A stretch of 64,000 nt of DNA from Octopus sinensis (GCF_006345805.1 NC_042997.1:96720001-96784000); one strand, 5' to 3'. Counted from the first letter of the stretch, positions 29,000 to 42,529 are shown. Notes: a model not told the origin generated them from the letters alone. Translations and numbers: made by a program.

Positions 29000-29849
29000 T
29001 ATATTACGAGTTACATAACAGACTGCCTTGGAAATATATGTAGGCTGGATTTACTTTCTCCATTCCCTATACATATATATAGAGACAATTTTAGACACTC
29101 TCCGACTACAAAATTCTTTCGCAGTGCTTATATCAGACCAGGGGTGCAGAACACTCTTGATGCAGGTGTTGCAGAGTGAACCGATGCAAATACAAAGCTA
29201 GCGTGTTAACCACATATCCATGCCTGAGTCATGATATATATATTAATACGATTTCATATGATTGTTTGAACAAATAAAATTTCGATTGAGTTCAGAAATT
29301 TTAGTATCTCTTTAAAGATAAAAATATAGTTATTTAGCCCTGCACTCTGAGAACTTCTTCATTCCTAAAATTTTAATTTCGTAATAAAATACTAATCTTG
29401 GCAAAGTCAGTTAAATTTATTAGATTTTAAATATTTAATTACTCTTTTCTCAACACTAATCAACTCACGTTAGGAAACAAAGTTATCATTTACACAAGCC
29501 TGTACCTCAAAACCCATCACTTGCTCTGCAGCACACGTCGCAAATAAATTATTACTTAGTAGTCGCATTGTCACAAATTCGTTGTGTAAAATAAGACAAC
29601 AATATGTCGTATAATTCAAGATAATTAGTGACACAAGGCAAATGTATTTCACTCGGCTGTTTTAAAGTAACTTCATATTGAATTAACTTTTCAGTGACAC
29701 TAACGAAAACTGTTTTACTCGCCCGCACACATTTTATAGAGTTTTTATGTTCCAAATATTTAGTTTTGCTTGTTTTGGTATTATTATCTAAACTAATAGT
29801 ATTTTCCAGATGAGTCAATTTTTGTTACACTGCTAGTTATAACATTCTT

Positions 29850-30088
29850 ATTTCTTTATTGTCCCACAAGGGGCTAAACATAGAGGGGACAAACAAGGAC
29901 AGATAAAGTGGTTAAGTCGATTATATCGACCCCAGTACGCAACTGGTACTTAATTTATCGACCCCGAAAGGATGACAGGCAAAGTTGTCCTCGGCGAAAT
30001 TTGAACTCAGAACGTAGCGGCAGACGAAATACCGCTAAGTATTTCGCCCGGCATGCTAACGATTCTGCCAGCTCGTTGCCTTTATAAC
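29850..30088 (-). mobile_element. tRNA-derived SINE with 18-bp target-site duplication
   Basis: same family as 10025-10243; gctagttataacattctt at 29832-29849 and 30089-30106. Confidence 0.85.
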
Positions 30089-30499
30089 GCTAGTTATAAC
30101 ATTCTTTATTCATTATAAATCTAACTTGGTGGAGATTGTCTGAAAAACAATAAACATAACAAAATAACTCTACAAAGATGCGAGTGAAGTGCTTATATTT
30201 AATGCAATATGTCCAAACAATAGTCATGTGTTTAGTAAAATTACAGAACAGCTTTCATGCTGTTTTACATATATATACGCTTATTTATAACTGAAATATT
30301 TGAATATTATTTACTTTATTTACTTCATTTGGTACTTTAGACATATATGTTCAGTGATAATGTACAAAATAACGTACAAAATATTGTACCGGACACTAGA
30401 ACTTCTGTATGTGTGACTTCATGATATTCATGATATTATATTGCGTGATCTTTCTCTGGATTTAGTCGCAGATATTTTTGTGTGTAGTAGAAAAAACGC

Positions 30500-32300
30500 A
30501 CAGAAGAGATAGAAGTATACCAATAAGAACCTCAACTAAGCTTCAGGAGAGTTACTAATATCTGGCAGCTGAGATAGTTTCTGATCAACAATAAGAATGC
30601 CAGTCTTTGTGATAAACTTTGAGACTTAAGAATGTCCCTACGGCCGCTGAATCCCAGTATTTAGAGCTACCGTTAGTGTTCTCGTGTTTAGGTGTTAGTG
30701 GATGCGATAATGTTTCGTTGCATGTCTATTGACTGTCTTTTGTTAAATTTGTCAAGAAGGTTTGAGACTGTACGACAATATTTCCGAGGTTTCTATTTAT
30801 GAGGTCGGTGTAGATTTGTTTTGAGGCCCTTAGGCGGTATATGTAAGAGTATAGAACAGTAGGAAGAAAAGAAGAGTGGAATCACCTGTAGAAGAGTAGA
30901 TATTGGAAATTAGAACAAATAGATCGTTTTTGGATAAGACGTGTTAAGTACGATGTCCGACCGCGAAAGACAAGTGAGTTAACAGATTAAAGGAAACATT
31001 ATCAGCACACTTTACGATTATGTAACTACCCAAAAGACATTGGCCCAGGGGACGTGACGATAGGAAACCTATAGGGGTACAGATATTTCAAGGAGTTTTG
31101 CTTTGTCAATCCAGTCGAAAGTTTTGAGTATTATGAAAGTTACAACACTACTTCAGCCAAATTTTTTCCCAATGTAAGAGACCACTGGAGAATGACGTAA
31201 AAACGTCGATCTTCAATAGAGACACCTTTACGAAAATCGTATTGTTGATCATTACGTACAGGGAGAGACTCGAAATGATTAAGTAGAGATGTGCGTCTTC
31301 AAATGGAGCACATTGTAACATCCAAAATCCAGATGTAGCTTTATTGAGAAATAAATTGAAATAATTGCTGAGAATAATTGTTTTATGAGAACATTATTTG
31401 AGAGTAAAAGACATCATATTCTTAGAACCAGTAGCCTTGTTGGGTGAAGTGCCTGATGTTCAGCGTTTGTGAAGTGGAAAGGAATACATTGAGATGTTCA
31501 TAATGTGTAGGGTTTGGTAATAGTTTCTCAAACCAGAATACTGCTTGTACATCCACCATCATTTAAAATAGGTGAAAGGATGATTTTGTAAAGTTGGTAG
31601 TGATGCTTTTTCCAATGTCACATTGTCTTCAGGACAACAAACTAAAAGATTGTTGTCGATGAAAATAAGTCAGAAATACAGGACCCTCTAGACATCAGTA
31701 GTGAATTACATCAGTTGTTGAGTACTAATTTACCTTGAACAGAAACTTTTGGGTAAAAAGGAGTTTATGAAGGACAGTAAATCAATTTTAACAAAGAAAA
31801 CTAAGAACAATGAAGATAGCGTGGCTTTTGAATATATCCGTAGAGAATCAACTGCCCTTTGATAAGAAATTCTCCAAAACAAGCAAATCTTGCTAAATCG
31901 AAAATTTTGTCCTTACCAATTCATGAGATATCTGGTTGTCTTAGTTCCAAACAAACACATTTTAATCAACAACGCTGAAGACATTGTGAAGAAATAGATA
32001 AATCATTTCATAGAGCTTTCGGACAATTGACAATGACGTTATATAAGACCTACCACAGCGCATAGATATTGAACAATAATTCTAACATGGGGATATCAAA
32101 ATTGCTATTAAGCAGTCCAAAGATATGAAAACCCCCAAGAGCTGAATTTATGCAAGATGAGATCAAGTCTGGTAGAGATATGGTGACTTCTCAACATACA
32201 AAAAGGATAGCTTTTCCTCACCAGGGTTGAGGAATTACAATACTAATTTCACAGCACAGAGACACAAGCAGAAAGCAAAGCTGTAGTAATTCAGTTGTTT
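30500..32300 (-). pseudogene. very degraded L2/CR1-group LINE RT remnant
   Basis: only weak motif echoes on the minus strand (GFLSSRPLG, HLSFAV); no long ORF. Confidence 0.3.
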
Positions 32301-32392
32301 GTCACCTGTTAAAATTTCCCCCAGAGTTTAATTGTATCGATTGCAGGTATTATAATCTTATAAATCCTATATTATATATATATATGTTTTGT

Positions 32393-32692
32393 TTGTTCCT
32401 TCACGATCCACGCCTGGTTCATAAGGACCGGTTTCCCGGTTTCCTTGGTTTATAGGTTCCCCACCTGGATGGGACGCCTGTCCGTCGCAGGTAAGCTACA
32501 AGATGCAGCAGGAAGGAGTGAGAGAAAGTTGTGGCGAAAGAGTCAGCAGAAGTTCGCCATTACCTTCTGCCGGAACCGCGTGAAGCTTAAGTGTTTCGCT
32601 CATGAACACACACATCACCCGCTCTGAGATTCGAACTCGCGATCCCTCGACCGCGAGTCCGCTGCTCTAACAACTAGGCCATGTGCCTCCAC
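32393..32692 (-). mobile_element. full-length tRNA-derived SINE with V/Meta-like central domain
   Basis: A-box tggcctagttgttag, B-box gagttcgaatc, core ctgcgacggacaggcgtcccatccagg, tail acaaacaaaaca. Confidence 0.8.
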
Positions 32693-32778
32693 ATACGCAC
32701 ACACACACACACGTATATATATATATATATATGTATGTATACATACATATATATATGTGTGTGTGTGTGTGTGTAAAC

Positions 32779-32914
32779 TCAAAATAAGCAACAGCATATC
32801 AAGAAGTGATGCAGTACGACCTTTTCAAGCTGCTCCATTCAATTGAACAATTAAATGGAGCCGCTTGAAACGGTCGTATTGCATCACTTCTTGATATCTT
32901 GTTTCTTATTTTGA
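32779..32914. repeat. long imperfect hairpin (arms ~60 bp, loop ~14 nt)
   Basis: atatcaagaagtgatgcagtacgacc...ggtcgtattgcatcacttcttgatat plus outer and inner arms. Confidence 0.9.
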
Positions 32915-33008
32915 TTTTATTCACCTTACTTCGAGCTGTGCAGATAATACCGGACTGACTTGGTGCTTTAACTTAAGTACCTAATTGAACTGAATCTCAA
33001 TTATATAC

Positions 33009-33054
<46 letters not shown>

Positions 33055-35434
33055 CAACAATTGAGGGTAAAATTAATTAGTTATTAATCAATTTCACCAA
33101 GTATTCAGTATGTAAAGGGACCATGTATGTAAAGGGACCATGAATTCGCCTTATATATATATATATATGATTCATCCCTATTCTAGATCCTCAACATGTA
33201 TTTAGATCCGGTAGAAGAACCATAGATATTATCTTTAGCATCAATTGAAGAAATGCATAGTCAGAAACACCCCCTTTACTAGGTTTTCTCTGATCTGATG
33301 AATATCTTTGACACTAAGTAGAAATATACGGAATATACTCTTAGAAACATTCAGAAAATGACAAAACCTTTTCTCCAATATCTATACTGCTTTTGGACTT
33401 ACAACAATCCAGAAGTAATCGAATATGATGTTGACATTTGCTCCATAAAAGCAGTACGAGGAACCAAATATACTTGCCTGCACAAGGGAGCAAACTTCAT
33501 GTACAGAATTCTTTGATAGCTAAATCAACTTGGAGAAGGATTGAGACGACTATAGTTGCGTTTCGATTGGTTTGGAAAGACGGGCCTGATTAAGACAAAA
33601 TTTTAAATTGATTACCAAGCTTAGCATTTATGATGCATAATAATCACATCTGGTCAATGGTAGTTCTCCTTTAGTCTACTTTCTAGATCACGAGTGTTGT
33701 GTAACAAAAGGTAGATTAGCAAAGTCTTCTGCAATATCCGCTTGTAAAAGTTTGTGAATAATTCGCATACATTCGGTTTAGAAATATTACGTCATACATT
33801 TAAGATTGATGAAGCTCTATAACATGAGGTCAAAAATTTCGGCTTTTATACTGAGGTTAGTTAACTGGCGAAGGTGTCGTTTTGCCCCTGTTTGTTATCC
33901 ATAGTGTTGTTCGTGTCTTGTGTTTCTTTCTAAGGCCTTCCGTGCATCTAATAATAGTCGCCCTTAGCAAAGAGAAAAATTAACATTGGACTAAGAAGTA
34001 GTTTCATATGGCAGTGCTGCTCAATCCATTTATGAGGATGGTAACCAAACGAAGGCCGATGGTAATGAGCAGACTTACTGGGAATATAAGCCTAACGGAA
34101 AAAATAGCTATAAACAACAAGTGGAGGAATATATCTCCGGCGAATCTTTACTGAGAAAGATTCCATAACTAATGAGAAAAGTCATTGTCCTGTGTGGCTT
34201 ACGTTCCAGATGAAATAAGATTAGCAACTATTTGCAAGAATAGCAAAAGATTTGAGCAATGGATGTAAATTATGTTAAAATGAATTGTATGTTTCCGGGT
34301 CAAGTAAGTAAAGCCAATCCTGTTAAAATATTTGAATCCTGGGGTAAATTTCATGCGATTGATATCTGTTGGTTAAAATTAGAATCTTGATAGCATAGTG
34401 ATCACTTGTTTGGTTGATTGGTTGGCTGTCTGTTTAAAAGCTAACTGATAAACATGCATTTGTTTGCATTTTACCACGCGTGAGAATGCACAGGAGAGAA
34501 AATATTTCTGCAGATTTTGTGGTCTGACAGTAAATTGATCTTATCGATATTATGTTCATAGTATATCGCTACGATAGAAAGGATTTGAGGAATAATTGTC
34601 TGGTGCCCATGGAAGCTTTAGCTATAATGGAATGTCTGTAACGGGGTTGATATTAATGGTTGTGTTAAATTTATTCATTGTTTCTAACACATCGGTGAAA
34701 GTGAATATGATGAATATATATTTGATTGTGTCAACTCTGCTGCGATGGTGTGAATATAAAATATTTTTGCACATATTGTTGCATAAGATTGCTGTGCATA
34801 CGGGTATATATGTGCACGAGTGTGCTTGTATATGCATATATACACATATACTATTATAGTTATGTATTAACGATGCAGACCTACACACATAGATACACAT
34901 AGACACACACACACATATATATATATACACATATAATCGTGTACATAAGTATGACTGTAGCATGACTATATAAATATAAATGTACATATATATGAATAGA
35001 CATAAATCAATATAAATATACACATAAATTATTACCTTCTTGCATTTGTAATTGTTGTTTGTGTATTTGTTTATAAATGAGATTTTATTTCACAATAGAG
35101 GAAACATTTTATCTGAGCCTTGAGGATAACCTTAAGAAGTAAAATATTGCTTTCGTATAGATGGTTTTATGAGGCAGTGAAAAATAGGATTTCAAAACTC
35201 TGTTAATTTTCATTTATGAGATAATGTATTTTAAAACAAAAGTTAAAATTAATTTCTATATGATAGGTATTTTTTTAAAATGAAAGCTAATGTCTTTATG
35301 TACGTAGTAATATTTTTTAACCGAAAGCTAACATTTTCTGAAATGAAAATTGATTTCCATCACATTACCCACCTATTAAATATCATAGAAATATATATAC
35401 ATAGTCTGAATATCCAATTACAAATACAGAAAAC

Positions 35435-35608
35435 ATGATGATGATGATGATGATGAGGATGATGGTGGTTTTGGTGGTGGTGGTGGTGGTGATGGTGTTG
35501 TTGTTGTTGGTGGTGGTGGTGGTGTTATTGGTGGTGGTGGTGGCTTCGGTGGCGGCGGCAGCGGCGGTGGTATCTGTGGTGATGATGGTGGTGATGATGA
35601 TGACGATC

Positions 35609-35647
<39 letters not shown>

Positions 35648-35748
35648 GTGGTGATGGTGATGATGATGATGATGATGATGAAAATGAGGAGGAGGTGGTG
35701 GATGAGAAGGAGGAGGAGGAGGAGGAGGCACAAGGTCAAGAATTTTGT
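35435..35748. repeat. compound (GAT)n/(GGT)n/(GAG)n trinucleotide tract
   Basis: direct sequence. Confidence 0.92.
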
Positions 35749-35794
35749 GAGACAGTTACAAGTCGATTTCATTGACTCTCGTTCTCAATCAAGA

Positions 35795-35883
<89 letters not shown>

Positions 35884-35888
<5 letters not shown>

Positions 35889-37697
35889 TCCCAGCAATGG
35901 TTGAGAAGAGGAATATTCCAGGGAGACACGCTCTCTCCACTCCTTTTCTGCTTGGCACTGTCACCTCTATCTGATATGCTAAATAGAACTGGATGCGGAT
36001 ATAAATGTTACGGCAAAACGATCAGCCACCTTTTATATATGGATGACCTAAAACTATACGCTGCAAATGACAAACAGCTGGAAACACTATTAAAGACAGT
36101 TCATGGATTTACCAAAGAAATAGATATGAAATTTGAATTAGAAAAATGCGCCAAAGTAACCATGAAAAGAGGAAAACTAGTTAAGAGTAACAACATCACA
36201 CTAGATAAAACCAATGAAAGAAAAGAATTAGACCAAAGCCAAACTTACAAATACTTAGGAATCCATGAACTAGATAAGACACAACACACACAAATGAAAG
36301 AGAAAATAAAAAAAGAATATTATAGACGAGTTAGATCAATACTAAAAACAGAGCTCAATGCTAAAAACAAGATAATAGGTATCAACACTTTAGCTGTCCC
36401 AGTTATAAGTTACAGCTACAATATCCTTAACTGGACACGAAATGAACTGTCCAAAATAGATAGGAAAACAGGAAAAATACTGACAGGATCTAGGATGTAT
36501 CACCCAAAATCTGACATAGAAAGACTATATATACAACGTATAGAAGGTGGTAGAGGCCTTATACAGCTGGAAAACTACTATAAAATAAACACCATAGGAC
36601 TGCAAAAATACCTACTTCAGAAGGAAGGAAAACTGATCCAGATAGCAGCAAAACACGAGCAAAACAAAAAACTGTTCTCAGTATTTAAGGAAGCTGACAA
36701 ATACAAACAAGAAATCATACCACCTAATAAACACAAAGAAGAAGAAGAAGATGATGAAGAAACAACAAAAGCTATAAAACAAATGAAATCCAAACTAAAA
36801 ATAGAACAACAACGAGCCATGATAAAACGATGGCAAGAAAAGCCCCTTCATGGTAAATACTGGACTAAACTAAACGCAAAAGAAATAGACAAAGAAAAAT
36901 CCCAGCAATGGTTGAGAAGCTCAGGACTCAAAGCAGAAACAGAGGGATTTTTAATTGCAGCACAAGACCAAAGCCTCCCCACCAGAAATTACCAAAAACA
37001 TGTAATGAAAAGAAATATTACAAGTAACTGCAGAATATGTGGAGATGGACAAGAAACAATAAATCATATTATCTCTAGCTGCCCAGTCCTGGCTAAGAAG
37101 GAATATATTCACAGACATGACAGAGTTGGAACCTACATACATTGGAAGCTATGCCAACATTATGGAATAACAACAGAAAAAAGATGGTATAGGCACACAC
37201 CAGAAAAGGTCACAGAAAACGAGAAAGCAACCATACTCTGGGATATGCCGATACACACAGATAGAGAAATTAAGACCAACAGACCAGATATAGTTGTCAG
37301 AGATCATGAAGAAAAAAAATGCTTTCTAATTGATGTATCAATACCGGCAGATGACAACGTGTCTCTAAAAGAAATGGAGAAACTCTCAAAATACAAAGAC
37401 CTGGAAATAGAGGTAACTAGAATGTGGAACCTGAAAACAGAAACAATTCCTATCATAGTAGGTGCATTAGGCATGATAAAAAAATATTCAGACAAATACA
37501 TAACAAAAACACCAGGACTTACAAACACATATAACATACAGAAAATTGCACTACTAGGCACTGCACACATCCTACGCAGAACACTTTCCATACAATAACC
37601 ATCAGAGCATCACAACAAATCACAGCACATACCCAAGGCACACAGAGCTGCGCTCGGTAGTGAAGTGAAAGCACGCTATAAGAATAAAACTACTGAA
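35884..37697 (+). mobile_element. 5'-truncated R4/Dong-clade LINE inside (TAA)n
   Basis: (TAA)n at 35797-35883 and 37698-37763; RT and RLE ORF; short 3' UTR. Confidence 0.93.
35901..37598 (+). CDS. uninterrupted 565-aa RT C-terminal half plus restriction-like endonuclease, 5'-truncated
   Basis: GIFQGDTLSPLLF, LLYMDDLKL, YKYLG, CRICGDGQETINH..C, RHD, RPDI, DVSIP, EKLSKYKDL, LLGTAHILR. Confidence 0.93.
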   Translation: MRRGIFQGDTLSPLLFCLALSPLSDMLNRTGCGYKCYGKTISHLLYMDDLKLYAANDKQLETLLKTVHGFTKEIDMKFELEKCAKVTMKRGKLVKSNNITLDKTNERKELDQSQTYKYLGIHELDKTQHTQMKEKIKKEYYRRVRSILKTELNAKNKIIGINTLAVPVISYSYNILNWTRNELSKIDRKTGKILTGSRMYHPKSDIERLYIQRIEGGRGLIQLENYYKINTIGLQKYLLQKEGKLIQIAAKHEQNKKLFSVFKEADKYKQEIIPPNKHKEEEEDDEETTKAIKQMKSKLKIEQQRAMIKRWQEKPLHGKYWTKLNAKEIDKEKSQQWLRSSGLKAETEGFLIAAQDQSLPTRNYQKHVMKRNITSNCRICGDGQETINHIISSCPVLAKKEYIHRHDRVGTYIHWKLCQHYGITTEKRWYRHTPEKVTENEKATILWDMPIHTDREIKTNRPDIVVRDHEEKKCFLIDVSIPADDNVSLKEMEKLSKYKDLEIEVTRMWNLKTETIPIIVGALGMIKKYSDKYITKTPGLTNTYNIQKIALLGTAHILRRTLSIQ

Positions 37698-37725
37698 TAA
37701 TAATAATAATATAATAATAATAATA

Positions 37726-37757
<32 letters not shown>

Positions 37758-37763
37758 TAATAA

Positions 37764-38305
37764 ATGCCCTGATGCAGTCCTGATGGCTGTCATTGCTTCT
37801 TATCTTAACTGATTGGAAGTACATTGTTTTGTCTTGGTATAAACGAAGGGCTACAGCAAATATTCTGCTCAATACCACAGATTTGCTTGTCAGTTGTTTG
37901 ACCTTAACCAGTTGAGCATGTCCCTTAGTGGCTGACGATATGTGCATCTCTGATCACGTGCAGAAGTAGTGAGGGAGCATCATAGCCGTGTGTTGAGAGG
38001 AATTCTTTAGGGGTTGAATAATTCGCCTCTAGAAACATGGGTTTTTTCTTCAACATTCATAAACAATCATTATTCATGGACTTTTTGAGCGGGATGGGCT
38101 ACTCGACCAGAAGAAAATTCTAACTGGGCCCCACCTTCAAGGTCATGCGCTGTTTATCTTGATATGTGTTCACCATGTCACGCACATATGGTTGTGATGC
38201 ATGCGCCTAGTGTACCACAATCAGACGGGTAGTCATGATGGGTATACTGGGCTTCGTATATTTTACCCCAGTGTCACTTTGATGGTATGCACTGCTCTCT
38301 CAATC
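37764..38305. mobile_element. unclassified ~540-bp non-coding interspersed repeat bounded by (TAA)n
   Basis: sharp (TAA)n boundaries on both sides; repetitive status recalled from octopod genomes and not shown within this window. Confidence 0.5.
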
Positions 38306-38364
<59 letters not shown>

Positions 38365-38499
38365 CAACAATAATAGTAATTTAAGTACAAGGCCTGCACT
38401 TTTAAGGTAAGGATTCAGTGGGTACTGGAATGCATAATTTGCCGGTAGGAGCAGATAACCGCCAAAGTGAAATGACTTACTAGACTGCCACCGACGTAA

Positions 38500-40160
38500 T
38501 CTCTATATCTCTATATATATAAAACTGAGAATGTGTGTCTGTCTGTCTGTCTGTCTGTCAGTCTGTTTCCCTAAAACTTGAGAACTACACAAACAACTTC
38601 ATTTAAATTTTACACATGCCTTATTTGGGGTCCGGGGAGTGACATCGGCAAAAAAAATTAACTTTTTGCCAAGGGCGAGCCTACAGCAATATCATATCTT
38701 CTCCACTACGATTCCCTTAAACTTGAGAACTACACAACCAATTTCATTCAAATTTTACACATGCCTTACTTAGGGTCCATGTAGTTTCATGGGGAAAAAA
38801 TGTTCAACTTCTTGCCTAGAGCGAGCCCATAGCAATATCATATCTTCTCCACTATTTCAGTATTACATGTTAAAAGTGAAACAAATATATTTCTCTATTT
38901 TATCTCAGATACTTTCACTTTAACAATAAAAATAATAATAACAATTGAATTATATGTAGTAAGTAATAATTAAAATCAAACTAAAGTATAATATAATCGT
39001 AACATAACAAAAGTAAAAATAGCAATTGGTATAAAATTGCATCAATGATTTGAACTTGAATATGTGGTTTCACATGAATGGGAATAAATTGAAAAATAAA
39101 ATTAGCGTGCAGAAATGGAATAATCCAGATGGAGCTGTGCTTTTACATTAGAGTATCTGCTAATTAGCTAGCATTAAGTATCTATATGAAGTTTGGCTGT
39201 ATGTAATATCTGTTTTCTCGAACAGTCGCTTATACAAAGTAGTGCTGTTGGTTTATTTCTTATACATAAAGAACTAAAGCTTCAACTGCTTACTGCTTTC
39301 TGATTCATCGTAAGGTTTGTTGTTATTATTATTACTGTTTAACTATTGTTATCACGTTTGTTAGTTCCTCGTAAAGGAAACATTGCTGTGTTGCAGTTGT
39401 TAAATAATTGTAAACTGTAACCCTCCCCCTTTGGGAGAAGGAGCTTTGGTTATTGTTTAAAAATTGAATTGTGAATGCCTTCGATAGAAGAAAGTCCAAA
39501 AATGAATTTCGCTGCAGCCGTCGGTGGGCGCGAACTCATTGAAATTAAAATGGAAGAAATACGGATTGATCACCGACAAAGACGGTGAATCTAGGATAAC
39601 ACCACCAAACGAAATAAAAAATTAAATTAAAGAAAAGTCTATTGTCTATAAAGTATACAATGTAGAGAGAACAAAAGATTTGAACACCTGGAGGAAAGCA
39701 CCATCGAAAAGTGTCTTAGTGCGACTATGAAAGATATCTAACTAGAGGCGGTAAATTCGCCACAATAGAAGCAAGGTTCGAGTCAACGGAGTGTGCAAGG
39801 GAGTACTCGACTCGAACTTAGCAAAGTGAAAATATTTTATTTTTACCTTTATATCTGGGACGTAGGACGTCCCGGATAAAAATTTAAAATGTCCCCCCAG
39901 AAGTAGAGGCGGGCTGGATTGTAGCCACACTTCTATACAAGAGGGAGGACAATATACAATTGATCGAAATTGCAAGACACGGACCTCCAATTCCAGTCTG
40001 TTATATATTTTGAGTATTGTTATCACTAGCGATATCAAGATATAACTTTGTATTTTGCATTTTATGTGTAGATGTATATATATAGATGTACATGTAATAT
40101 GTACACATATATATACATGCACTAGCACTATGACCCGGCAACGACGGGTCATAATGCTAG
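38500..40160 (+). mobile_element. non-autonomous Helitron, putative limits
   Basis: 5' A|TC..TCTATATATATAAAACTGAG; internal ~140-bp tandem duplication at 38570-38855; 3' palindrome ending CTAG|T; linkage of the two ends is inferred. Confidence 0.6.
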
Positions 40161-41502
40161 TATCATCTATAGATAAATGGATACCACAATGAACTTCGCA
40201 TGTCAATGTCCGAGTTCTCTATCACACAGAATTTCATGGCAGAGACTCCTTCTCCCGCACTCCAGGAAACCGCCATTTATACCATCCCAGTTACTGCTAT
40301 GCACTGTTAATGTCTGGCAAGGGAGATGATTACCTATCTATAAAAATATATAACCCCGTAATGTATCTCAGAATATCAAAATTGATGTTTTCGCTTTGAC
40401 CGGCAGATTTTTAAAATAATTCCTTTGTAACTAAACACTTTTAAACTTCGTATGCTGGTAGAATGTGTTTATAAAACATCTTTTTCTCTTAGCTTTCTTG
40501 AGAAAATTCTGTAGTTTGTAAGCTATTTGTTGTTTAATTTCTTGCATTTCGGCAATTTCAACAAATCAATGACATCTATTGAGGTGAATGCAATTTCTCC
40601 GGATCTTTGTCAACAACAATTATTTGCGGTGTCATATGAATTTGTTACTGTTATTTATGACATATTTCATATCAGTTACGCTCGTGTGAATAAAATATTA
40701 TAGTTATTAAACTTTTATTAATAAACACATATTCTATGAAATCCGGTCAGTATTTGTCACTTGAAATACATCAGCAAGTTTTGCGACACATTCAGGACCC
40801 CATCTTCAATTAATACTTCTATACAATCCCAAAGTGCGCCTCCGATGTCATTGTAGTTTCCCACTAGTTCTAACAAACGAACAGCTCAAAACGAATGAAG
40901 GATAACAGCCACTCTATCCCACTTGACATCACAGCCAAAGGAATCGCCTTTGCTAGGCTTCAAGATTACTGACTTCTTATTCGGATCCAGGAAGATGGTT
41001 TACAGCTCGTGATCCATACCTTAATGGTATACCAAAAGCACCTGCCTTTATCCAAGTCAAATGAAGAATTGGTACACCTGACATTGAGAAGAAACGCTAG
41101 AAAACTTCCGTATAATAACGCCATACTGTCAAAAGGAATCTGTGGTGCTTTCTTACTTCAGACAGAACAGCTTTAGTTATCGAAAGTTTTCAATTCATCC
41201 TCATATTCCTTCTTTCTGCCTGCCTACTTATTAGTTACTATATTGTTGGTTTCGCAGTACTTGCGGCAGCTTGCGTAAACTTTGCACTTAGTGTTCAGTC
41301 AAGCAATGGGGTTATAATTTTCTGACAAATCGGTGATGTTATTCTTAAATATATGATTCCTCTGTGCTGTAGCAATTCAAATCGGTATGTCAATTTGCCT
41401 TCCATAGTTGTTTTGAATATAAATATTAAAGTTTTTCTATAGGTCAGCCTCATGTGCCAGCATCTAACTGCCAGATGCTTTCTCGTTATGTAGTTTGTCT
41501 GA

Positions 41503-41504
<2 letters not shown>

Positions 41505-41533
<29 letters not shown>

Positions 41534-41580
41534 TGTATGTATGTATGTATGTATGTATGTATGTATGTACGTATGTACGT
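41505..41580. repeat. (TATG)n microsatellite
   Basis: direct sequence; another at 42534-42600. Confidence 0.95.
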
Positions 41581-42529
41581 ATGCATGCGTGTATGTATGT
41601 AAGTATATCTCTTTGTAAATATTTATGCGCTTATATGTATTTATATGTATTTGTATATATTTATATGTATATATGCGTTTGTATGTGTCTATATACAAAG
41701 TTTCGCACGCATATCTTTGAGAGACAATTGAGCACATAACAGGCCTTCATGTCAAAAAAGAACTTAATTATTCAGTCATAAGAGATTAATATTTTAAGCT
41801 GTAGACTAAAATAACTAACGCTTTTGAATATGTTGCCCCAGCCAGACCGAACTTTTATCACTAGAGTCAAATTTTCTTGCATAAATCCAGAAATCAAATA
41901 AAGGGAAACCCTATCAGATACATGACAAAATAAATGGTAGCTAATTACGCGTATGAACTTTCAATAAGTACATGAACATTTATGAAAATTATGAACATTT
42001 ATAATGATTAATACTGATAAAAACAACAATCATCGTTCACAAAACCATCGCTACAAACCTAATCTGAATATAATAAATAAGGTTTTTCTTTGGTTGCTAT
42101 TCGTATAAACATTAGTGAATTGAATAAATGAAAAATTTATTGTAGTATATTGTTAATATTAGAAATACATCCGATATGCAAGATTGGTTGCAATAAATAC
42201 ATAACCAAAGACAAGAGGGAAAAGAAGAAATTATGCGTAAACATTTTAATTAGATAATGAAATGAAATTATGATTTATGTCCCCCAGACTAATACATTAA
42301 TAATCGAAATATTTGGAGTTGCCGGAATGAAGACAACTAATTTAACGAAATTATAACAGAATTTTTGGATAAACACATGGTGGTAGAGTTTCAAATTAAA
42401 AGACAAAACGCAATTTTTGTTTCGTTTTTCTTTGTGCTTTGTTTTGTAATTATTATTTTGTTCAGATGCCGACGTTTTTAACTTTTAAAAGTCTACAAAA
42501 AATAGAAATTCATTCCACTTTTCTCGGTT

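Noticed and set aside
35435-35800. Poly-His/Pro and poly-Met/Val ORFs
   Set aside because: Compound trinucleotide repeat with no flanking coding context or splice signals.
40760-41450. Possible CRE/L1-like LINE remnant
   Set aside because: No unambiguous motif; left unassigned.
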